Shown here: positions 55,201 to 62,259 of the stretch, one piece after another
How the letters are laid out: the number at the start of each line of letters is the position of its first letter
How positions within the stretch are numbered: position 1 is the stretch's first letter
Virus record (IMG/VR): IMGVR_UViG_3300025127_007337
Location: 1 to 62,259 of that record
DNA from: a virus
Lineage: Duplodnaviria; Caudoviricetes
Length of the DNA stretch: 62,259 nucleotides
Reading direction: 5' to 3' (one strand)
Notes under the pieces: generated by a model
What the model saw: only the letters and a program-made list of their open reading frames with translations
What the model was told of the DNA's origin: nothing
Databases searched by the model: none
Translations under genes and position numbers: made by a program

Positions 55201-58200
55201 GACCTAAGAGATCAAGTTTACGGTCCAGGTTCAGGTAGAGCAGAAACAGAAAAGGATAAAGAAACACTGGCTGACTTGCTAGATCCTTTACTAGATGACG
55301 ACTTTAATGGTATAATGGATAAGATCAAGGATGCTCTAAAACCACAAATAGACGAAGAAACTGGTTTAATAAAAGACCCAGAATGTGTAGATGATCTGGA
55401 AGATCCTGAAAAAGATGATGAAGAAATATTACCAGTTGTAACAATCGATGAAGAAATAAACAATATACTTAACCAAGAGTTAAACAAAACATTTAAAGAC
55501 TTGAACAGAGTGTTTGAATTAGACATGGTGGGTAGAAGAAACTCTTTCTTTGATAATGTATTAACAGACCAAAGGGGTATAAAACTATCCTCTGGTTTCT
55601 TAAATCACGAAAGACGAGTTTCATTAAAGTTTTTGTTTCCAAATGCTGCTAACACTGTCGCCCAGAATGAGGACAAATTTGAAGAAGCAGGGTTTTTCTT
55701 AAAATATCTTATGAGAACTTTGACAGAGGACGAAGATGCCGAGGGCAACAGTATTGCAAAAAGAGATAAGCCCTATCCTAATCACTTGTTTCCAGAGACA
55801 GTTGGGATACATTGTAAAAACCAATTAGAAGAAACTATGGAAAACTTTGATTTTGACATAGAGGCAGACAATAAACTTAAATTTAGAAACAAAACAGACC
55901 TAAAAGATGCTGAATTTGATTTTGGATTTAACATTGTTTATAAACCTTTTATAAAAGATAATAATAAATTTACAAGAAGTGGTTTCTGTAGGGTAAGAAA
56001 AGTAGACATAACTGTTAATAAAAAATTCTTGGGTACAAAAACTGTTGAATCTAAAATTGAAGATGTTAATGTTAAAAGCAAGCTTGATCTTGGAAAGCAT
56101 AAAAAAATTATAGACGAGATAGACACAAAAAAAGAACCACTAAATGAACCATACCAAGCTAATTTGTTTAAAAAGTATTTGAAAAAAAGAAGTGGTTTAA
56201 ATCTAAATGTTAAGAAAAGCGTATTCAACAAATTAAACAGAAAAATAAACAAGAAAATCTCTAAGAGGTTGTTGAAAGCAAACTCAGCAGAAGAACCTCC
56301 AGAAGGTTTTAAGTTTGGTTATGTAAGTGATGAATTGAATTATGAAGATCTACTTTATGTTTCTCCAGATTCAAAAAAAGGCGATGAATCTACTTGGAAA
56401 TATGAACACAAAGAGAGGGATGAAGTTTTAGGTGTTTCTGCCACTAGGCATCCAAGAGTTAAGTTTTTAGATCCAGTTAAGTATGGCGGTAGATACACAA
56501 GGCCCAAACTTTATGTAGAAGATATAGAGCATGACGGATGGGTAGGTCTAATGGCTAAAGTGGTTCCCGAAGAAGATGGATTCGACCCAAAAAGAGAAAA
56601 CTTTATGTTCATATCAGAAGTGTCAGAAAGAGTTAACAAAAAACAGACAAAAATACCAAACGATGAGAGAATGGATATAGATCCTGACTGTTTTGATGAA
56701 CCACCATTTGATAAACTAATGAATGCTGGTCAAAAAGCGCAAATGGAGGGAATAATAATAGCAACAATAAGAACTTATGTTATCGAGGCAATATTAAGAT
56801 GTCTGCCAATATTCTCCGTATTAGCCCCCGATTTTGATAAAAACTATAGTGATTTGTTTTTAGATTTTGTAGTGGCTAAAATGCAAGATGATATGATGGA
56901 TAGAGAGGACTGGCCCTCTAGAATAAGAGGAAATAAATATTGGCATTTGTTTCTGGACTCTTCTGTTGATTTAGCATTTCGACTAGTACAGGAAAAAGAA
57001 ATAGAGGCTAACCCAACATTACTAGGATTACTTGAAGATGCTAATAAGGTTTCTGAAAGATATAGAAGCCCTAAAATAATTGATAGAAAACTTTTGTTTA
57101 AAGTTACAAGCTATACAGTTTCAGATGGAAAGATAACAGATATAGAACTTGCAGGAGATATACAACTTTCTAATACAAAAAAACAGTACATCATCAACAT
57201 ATTAGAGTCAATGTTTTATACGACTTATGGATCTCGATATCGTTCGTTTTTAAGAAAAAAGAAAGATAAAAGTTTAAAATGGAATTTAAAATTTAAAAAA
57301 GCCTTAAGTGTTAAGTATCTAAGAAAAGTTACTAGAGAGTATGAATCTTATAAGTTTAGAAAGAAATCAAAACGAATTTTAATGTATTTAATTAAAGATC
57401 AATTTCAACTTTACTCAAAAAAATTAAAAGATGCGTTACCATCACAAATAGAAGATATTACTGCTTCTATTTTAAAAGATATGAAAATTTTTCTAAACGA
57501 CAGAGAGAGTGTGTATGATATTTCAAATGGTTCTTCCAACAACCCTTTAGATGGCTTGTCTTTGGACGAAGAGGCTTTTCAAAGCCTAAAAGATACAGGA
57601 GCATTTTTTATAGAAAAATATTTTGTTGCTGATCCCAAACGAATGACGAGGTTTGAAGGAGTTAAGTCTGTTGAAGAAACTAGAGAATTTTTAAAAAAAT
57701 ATAGAAATAAAGAGAAATACATATCTGAGCTTTTTGGAGACGCTCAAGTAGCTAATAAAAAACTGATAGGATCTCTTGGATTAAAATTTGGTGTAAGAGT
57801 TTGTTATGTTCCTTCTTCTGGTATGGTTAGTAGAAATCCAAGTAAAGCAAAATATAATGAATCTAGAGCATACAATGTTAAAGCCGCTAAGGTGACTGTT
57901 AATGGAAGTGAAAAAACACATGCACCAACCAAAAATTATTTTCCACTATTTTCTTATGAACAAGACATATTGGATAGAAAAATAAAAGAGTTTGACCTTT
58001 CGGATGACAACTTGGGAGAAGATATACAATGTTACCTAGATAAACTTTTACAAAATGAGGAACTGGATTTTCTTTTTAATGTTTTGTTGGGAGCTAAGAA
58101 TGTCGCATCCTTAACAGCTATTTATTATTATGATGGCTTTATAGAATCTATAGGAATTGATGAAACAGAAAGAGAAGAAGGCATTGTGGGCACTAGTGGA

Positions 58201-58473
58201 AGGTGGAAAGAAACAATTATGAAAAGAACTCGAGAACTACTAGCAGATATGTTTAATTCTTGTTATTATTCTTATGATGATCAATTTAGTTTTGGAAACA
58301 GGGAGATATCATTTAAAGCTAGAAAGCTTATAAAAAGAAACAAGTCGCCAAAACTTAGAAAAAACTTTGCTATAAATGTAAAAAGAAAACAATTGAGAAA
58401 ATTAATTGAGAGACCGTATGATATGTTTGGTAATGAAAAAATATCAGTCGTATCAGATTTATTAGGAGATTGA
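52252..58473 (+). CDS. 2073-aa probable structural protein
   Basis: Long ORF between the spike and gp25 genes; no domain recognised. Confidence 0.7.
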   Translation: MSEIKKYQDLVCDKTEIIEEKKPEEVECKEEEKKDEIKTRILLPELAKTQDPQVKTIIFNGVSVDVDDEPLDFNNENITKDFSELGNLFKQYVKFQKMLLFTQGSRLTLNGKKFYIGKEGVRLLKFSRQLKRAIRKNFSRKNSGVSLGDLADLEINIKNNKITSITINKKKCEPVALKGISKLLRTPKTTVMLVNNIKKNLPYLKGVGPNTNWLNVLNKITDNKIKIMPLVKRDLSFLKDDVFENLRDKLLDDEMSLSDCIQFSISNRQINTRSKHWDRELSRKTRDLFAGNISSEEYSLNTGGTILSKGKLKKVFLQSLEPKKLNAIFDELRKILEEADDIRDIDLTGFINKDFFQSMNLDALKNILSFLDFRDAVEVIFKKIIETKPESIDMVLKELGGDIKEQIWEELKKRLKTISLCKIGSFAVDKLVNTLLDQIPVDNLVSEVMEKSFVCSVQFPDPEGIIRNTKTEIKTMIINTIRVEIENVDICELSELNLKDPIVDLRFDIEDLIREKVENFKTFDVECPITIEEIKELLENFGDVVDNLSVDSIQGLLPNINILPGGEGDGEGGGFPFPRPWDQGTREERNRSGNYKKRGDMLNSFKDIPKPTAQDIYKAYGQAFFSILEFDTIVEKLNVLPGGAFFKNLLSGGFSLNGDNIYGRIASLPKFLKLDLLQGDTSFLLPSIPQIPSFTSGGWPLILEKLKKLAINKLLDIANSLVISLLIKLLDALEASIDNLIQNLANQALAAVGLGDSPEGSQPALSTPNSQASQDGTGGPSGTGGGSSSGYPISQDSEGIVIDVPFESRPVRSGTGYTRAPSTPSTGGSPFLSQDNRKNPFRKMVNQIICDGNLEGSEATQENILENSGIPRDKMREFIDFIGENLNTFEFTNLILDPDSPSSRLVHEKLLNKIRTMNLGLSDFFEDIDDFSIIFASISDLLTEQELERLESLELLESKFNPNTNIPISNSICLDNEKKQILNDLRDQVYGPGSGRAETEKDKETLADLLDPLLDDDFNGIMDKIKDALKPQIDEETGLIKDPECVDDLEDPEKDDEEILPVVTIDEEINNILNQELNKTFKDLNRVFELDMVGRRNSFFDNVLTDQRGIKLSSGFLNHERRVSLKFLFPNAANTVAQNEDKFEEAGFFLKYLMRTLTEDEDAEGNSIAKRDKPYPNHLFPETVGIHCKNQLEETMENFDFDIEADNKLKFRNKTDLKDAEFDFGFNIVYKPFIKDNNKFTRSGFCRVRKVDITVNKKFLGTKTVESKIEDVNVKSKLDLGKHKKIIDEIDTKKEPLNEPYQANLFKKYLKKRSGLNLNVKKSVFNKLNRKINKKISKRLLKANSAEEPPEGFKFGYVSDELNYEDLLYVSPDSKKGDESTWKYEHKERDEVLGVSATRHPRVKFLDPVKYGGRYTRPKLYVEDIEHDGWVGLMAKVVPEEDGFDPKRENFMFISEVSERVNKKQTKIPNDERMDIDPDCFDEPPFDKLMNAGQKAQMEGIIIATIRTYVIEAILRCLPIFSVLAPDFDKNYSDLFLDFVVAKMQDDMMDREDWPSRIRGNKYWHLFLDSSVDLAFRLVQEKEIEANPTLLGLLEDANKVSERYRSPKIIDRKLLFKVTSYTVSDGKITDIELAGDIQLSNTKKQYIINILESMFYTTYGSRYRSFLRKKKDKSLKWNLKFKKALSVKYLRKVTREYESYKFRKKSKRILMYLIKDQFQLYSKKLKDALPSQIEDITASILKDMKIFLNDRESVYDISNGSSNNPLDGLSLDEEAFQSLKDTGAFFIEKYFVADPKRMTRFEGVKSVEETREFLKKYRNKEKYISELFGDAQVANKKLIGSLGLKFGVRVCYVPSSGMVSRNPSKAKYNESRAYNVKAAKVTVNGSEKTHAPTKNYFPLFSYEQDILDRKIKEFDLSDDNLGEDIQCYLDKLLQNEELDFLFNVLLGAKNVASLTAIYYYDGFIESIGIDETEREEGIVGTSGRWKETIMKRTRELLADMFNSCYYSYDDQFSFGNREISFKARKLIKRNKSPKLRKNFAINVKRKQLRKLIERPYDMFGNEKISVVSDLLGD

Positions 58474-58476
58474 AAA

Positions 58477-58854
58477 ATGCCAGTTAAAAATATTACCGTT
58501 GCCTTTCCTCTTGAAATAAGAGAAGGTGTTGGTATTGTGCCAATAGACGAAAATGCGATAGTAGATGCTGTTAAGTTTCAACTAAAAAATATAATATTGA
58601 CTAGACCTGGGGAGAAACTGTCTGATCCAAATTTTGGTGTTGGGTTACACAATTTTTTATTTTCACAGGAAAGTAGTAAAGTAACAGCGATTAGAAATAG
58701 GATTAACAACCAGATAAGAAGATATATGAATTATTTTGATACTTTAGACATAGATGTTAAAAGAACAACTGATAGTGATATGTCGATTAGTGTTTACATA
58801 AGATTTGTTATCTCCCAGCCAAAAATAGAGGGTGAATTAGAGATCTCTGTTTAA
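58477..58854 (+). CDS. Baseplate wedge subunit, gp25-like
   Basis: LKNIILTRPGEK..PNFGVGL. Confidence 0.88.
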   Translation: MPVKNITVAFPLEIREGVGIVPIDENAIVDAVKFQLKNIILTRPGEKLSDPNFGVGLHNFLFSQESSKVTAIRNRINNQIRRYMNYFDTLDIDVKRTTDSDMSISVYIRFVISQPKIEGELEISV

Positions 58855-58872
58855 ATTTAATTTCGATTTTGA

Positions 58873-58880
58873 ACTATTTA
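58873..58880 (+). promoter_or_regulatory. Putative late promoter motif ACTATTTA
   Basis: Upstream of the gp6-like gene; matches the ACTAWTTA motif. Confidence 0.55.
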
Positions 58881-58904
58881 CTTTGATTGTAGGAGACCTT
58901 CACA

Positions 58905-60704
58905 ATGGCGAAAGGAAAAAATGTACCCATAAAATACACTAGCAGAGACTTTAACTCTATAAAAGAAGAGTTAATAAATTACACAAAAAGATATTACCCA
59001 GATACTTATAATGATTTTTCAGACTCCTCTTTTGGAGAAATTATATTTGATCTAGTATCTTATGTAGGCGATTCTTTGTCGTATTATGTTGATTATCAAG
59101 CAAATGAAAGTTTTATGGATACAGCTGTAGAGTTTGCCAATATAAGAAAACATGCGAGAGCTATGGGATTTTCTTACTCAGGAGTTCCAACCTCCTTTGG
59201 AGTAGTTTCTTTTTTTATATTAGTACCAGCCAACGCAGATGGAAACGCCCCAAACATGGACTATGCTCCTGTGCTAAAGAAAGGAGCCAATTTACAATCT
59301 AATAATGGTGTTTCTTTTATTTTATTGGAAGATGTTGATTTTTTTAATTCACAGAATGATATAGTTGAGGCTAGGTATAATGAAAGCACCGGTGGTGTCT
59401 CTTATTATGCAATTAGAGCTTTTGGGCAAGTTTCTTCTGGGAAGCTCCAAGTTGCTGAAATTGATTTAACCTCTAACACTTTTGAAAGATTTAAAAAAAT
59501 TAGAGTCGGTGACCCATCAGTAACAGAAATAGTCTCTGTTCAAGATTCTGAAGGAAACAAGTTCTATGAGGTAGACTATTTGTCTCAAGAAACTGTATTA
59601 TTAGAAACCACTAACCCAACAGCTAGACAAGATGGTGTTAGGTCCATAATGAAACCTTTCGTAACAGCTCGTAGATTTGTTGTAGAACAAGATAACACAG
59701 GAACTTATTTACAATTTGGATTTGGTTCTGAGAATGATGAAGACGCGGGACTAACAGATCCTTCTGATGTTGTGTTAAGGCTAAATGCTAGAAACCACAT
59801 TACAGATAATTCATTTGATCCAAACAAACTATTAGGAACAGACAAACTAGGTATCTCACCATTTGGAACAACTTTGACAGTTGTTATAAGAAAAAATGAT
59901 TCTACAAATGTAAATATAGGATCAAGAGGTTTAGATACGATTGTTGATGCAGAGATAAAATTTATATCTGAAAATAATCTAAATTCCTCTCTTGCTTCTG
60001 TTGTTAGAGGATCATTAGAAGTAACTAATGATAAACCAATAGTAGGTCAAAACATACAAACAGCTGCTGAAGACATTAAAACTAAAGCTAAGAATTATTA
60101 TGCCACTCAAAACAGAGCTGTGACTAAACAGGACTATGAAGCTATAGCTTATTTTATGCCTAAGAAGTTTGGCAGTATAAAAAGAGTGAATGTTATTAAT
60201 GATCCGTCCTCCACAAATAGAAAGTTGGCTATGTACGTTTTATCACAAAATACTGATGGTCATTTAATTTTATCTAACGACAGGATTAAATCTAATTTAA
60301 AAAAATGGCTAACAAGATATAAAGGAATAAATGATCAAATAGAAATATTTGATGCTAAGATAATAAATTTTGGGATTAATTTTGAAATTTCTGTTGATCC
60401 TAGATTTAATAAAGAAGAAACAGTAAACTTAGCAATAAAAAATATAACCGACAGATATAGTACAAAGTTTTATATTGGAGAACCAGTTTACTTAACAGAA
60501 ATTTCTAATATACTATCTAAAACTCAAGGCGTTATAGATGTTATTTCTGTAGAAATAGTTAACAAGAAGAATTCTCCTTATTCTACAACACCACTAGATT
60601 TTAAAAAAATTATTTCCAAAGATAATACATACTACAAGACTCCAAAAAATGTAGTTTTAGAGATAAAATTTCCAAAAGATGATATACAAGGAAAAGTTAA
60701 ATGA
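58905..60704 (+). CDS. Baseplate wedge subunit, gp6-like
   Basis: YTSRDF..IK..L...YP..YNDF, LQFGFG, QNRAVTKQDY. Confidence 0.88.
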   Translation: MAKGKNVPIKYTSRDFNSIKEELINYTKRYYPDTYNDFSDSSFGEIIFDLVSYVGDSLSYYVDYQANESFMDTAVEFANIRKHARAMGFSYSGVPTSFGVVSFFILVPANADGNAPNMDYAPVLKKGANLQSNNGVSFILLEDVDFFNSQNDIVEARYNESTGGVSYYAIRAFGQVSSGKLQVAEIDLTSNTFERFKKIRVGDPSVTEIVSVQDSEGNKFYEVDYLSQETVLLETTNPTARQDGVRSIMKPFVTARRFVVEQDNTGTYLQFGFGSENDEDAGLTDPSDVVLRLNARNHITDNSFDPNKLLGTDKLGISPFGTTLTVVIRKNDSTNVNIGSRGLDTIVDAEIKFISENNLNSSLASVVRGSLEVTNDKPIVGQNIQTAAEDIKTKAKNYYATQNRAVTKQDYEAIAYFMPKKFGSIKRVNVINDPSSTNRKLAMYVLSQNTDGHLILSNDRIKSNLKKWLTRYKGINDQIEIFDAKIINFGINFEISVDPRFNKEETVNLAIKNITDRYSTKFYIGEPVYLTEISNILSKTQGVIDVISVEIVNKKNSPYSTTPLDFKKIISKDNTYYKTPKNVVLEIKFPKDDIQGKVK

Positions 60705-62128
60705 CAATAAAAAGATATTTCGCCACAGCTGATAACACGATCACAAATGCATTTAAGGAAAACTTAGTAACTAGAGGAACTGGTTCTAATATGGGACAAT
60801 CAGACATTCTAGAAGTTTTCTCTATATATGGGCAAGCCACAACTTCATCAGCCGAAGCCTCTAGGGTTTTAATACAGTTTGATACAACCCAAGTAAGCAC
60901 AGATAGAACAGCTGGTGTGATTCCTGCATCAGGCTCTGTTTCATTTTATTTAAATATGTTCAATACACCACACGCTGAAACTCTTCCTGTAGATTTTACA
61001 CTTACAGTTTCAGCTGTGTCACAATCTTGGCAAGAAGGGTATGGACTAGATATGGAAACTTATTCTGATTTAACTTATGGAGGCATTGGTTCAAATTGGA
61101 TAAATAGAGCGGCAAGCACAGCATGGACTTCTACTGGTGGTGACTATCATGCCTCTCCTATTTTTGAACAAAGATTTTCTGAGGGATATGAAGATTTATC
61201 AATTGATATAACTGAACTAGTTGAACAGTGGTTAACAGGATCAGCAGGTGGTGGTAAAGAAAACTATGGTGTTGGTATACAATTAACTTCATCGCAAGAA
61301 ACAGCTAGTAGATCATTCTTTACCAAGAAATTTTTTGCTCGTGGTACAGAATATTATCTCAAAAGACCAGTTATTGAAGCTAGGTGGAATAACTCAATAA
61401 TGGACGATAGAGGCTTGTTTTATGCCTCTTCATCACTAGCTCCTGGGAGAGATAACCTAAACAGTTTGTATCTCTACAATCGCATTAGAGGGCGCTTAAG
61501 AGACATACCAGACATTGGAACCGGAGCAATATATGTTAATCTTCATGAATCTGCCGGAGGGTCTAAGATTGGATCTTCATTTACTGGTTCTCATGTTTCA
61601 ACAGGTATCTATAGATGTGACGTTCACGCTTCCACCAGTGATACTTCTATTGTTGATGTATGGTTTTCTGGATCAACACAATATCATACAGGAACTATTT
61701 CAGTCAAATCTTTTACAGCAGATGTGCATAGTCCAACTGATAAATACATATTGAAAGTTTCTGATGCTAAGAATTATTATGTAAACGATGGGTTTGAGAG
61801 ATTTAGGCTTTATATAAGACCTAGAAACTGGTCGCCAACAATATATACAGTTGCACAGTCTATTCCTGAAACTACGATTATAACTTCAGCTTCATACGAA
61901 GTTTATAGAATCATTGATAATGAATTAGTTGTACCACACGGAACAGGTTCGACACTTCACACTTTTATGTCATATGATAGTGACGGAAATTACTTTGATT
62001 TAGATATGTCTACTTTGGAAGCTGGATATGATTATGGAATAAGATTTGCTTTTTATGATGATTACGTAAATTCATGGAAAGACCAAACGTATGAATTTAG
62101 ATTTAAAGTGAGACAAAATGAGTATTAA
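60701..62128 (+). CDS. Virion structural protein (DNRLRE-like beta domain)
   Basis: ADNTI, SRVLIQFD, WQEG.G, W...GGD, IDITELVEQW, RPVIEARW. Confidence 0.75.
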   Translation: MTIKRYFATADNTITNAFKENLVTRGTGSNMGQSDILEVFSIYGQATTSSAEASRVLIQFDTTQVSTDRTAGVIPASGSVSFYLNMFNTPHAETLPVDFTLTVSAVSQSWQEGYGLDMETYSDLTYGGIGSNWINRAASTAWTSTGGDYHASPIFEQRFSEGYEDLSIDITELVEQWLTGSAGGGKENYGVGIQLTSSQETASRSFFTKKFFARGTEYYLKRPVIEARWNNSIMDDRGLFYASSSLAPGRDNLNSLYLYNRIRGRLRDIPDIGTGAIYVNLHESAGGSKIGSSFTGSHVSTGIYRCDVHASTSDTSIVDVWFSGSTQYHTGTISVKSFTADVHSPTDKYILKVSDAKNYYVNDGFERFRLYIRPRNWSPTIYTVAQSIPETTIITSASYEVYRIIDNELVVPHGTGSTLHTFMSYDSDGNYFDLDMSTLEAGYDYGIRFAFYDDYVNSWKDQTYEFRFKVRQNEY

Positions 62129-62259
62129 AGATTTATTTTCTAACAAGCCGACAACAATGCAATCAGCGAATTCAGCCTCAGCAGCAATAGAGTCGCCAGA
62201 TTTTTTAGAAGCATTAAGAAAACAGAGAGAAGAGATTGTTCCTCCAATTGACTTTTTGT
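62118..62259 (+). CDS. Next structural gene (3'-truncated)
   Basis: MSIKDLFSNK... stays open to the window end; overlaps the previous stop. Confidence 0.6.
   Translation, partial: MSIKDLFSNKPTTMQSANSASAAIESPDFLEALRKQREEIVPPIDFL

Noticed and set aside
1-62259. Alternative genetic code, tRNA or rRNA genes
   Set aside because: Genes are intact and tightly coupled under code 11 with all three stop codons used. I recognised no cloverleaf or rRNA sequence, though no covariance search was run.

Overview
The window reads as part of a large T4-like (myovirus, probably jumbo) phage genome. Almost all genes lie on the + strand and use the standard code. There are four zones. (1) ~1-8,200 is a compositionally distinct putative pre-early/host-takeover region. 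It has about 25 tiny ORFs and 12 copies of a 17-bp palindrome (CGGWCA-N5-TGWCCG), each at one of two fixed distances from a sigma70-type or ECF-type promoter. By manual scan it lacks GGCC, CCGG, GCGC, CCWGG and GGWCC sites and ends at a GC-rich hairpin/repeat junction near 8.2-8.35 kb. (2) ~8.9-27 kb holds putative late/internal-head proteins with a shared MK(I/L)(T/S)xxxLxxII.E leader, Lys-rich modular proteins, kinase-like, HAD-Nudix and J-domain proteins, two lipoproteins, a eukaryote-type phosphomannomutase, HNH, PhoH and a PD-(D/E)XK nuclease. (3) ~27.3-47.9 kb is a 20-kb glycan biosynthesis/decoration cluster with an embedded ACP-FabG-acyl ligase-dioxygenase module. (4) ~48.6-62.3 kb has a gp55-like late sigma factor and baseplate genes. 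I saw no tRNA, rRNA, CRISPR array or integrase. All family calls come from motif recognition by eye, not from database searches.
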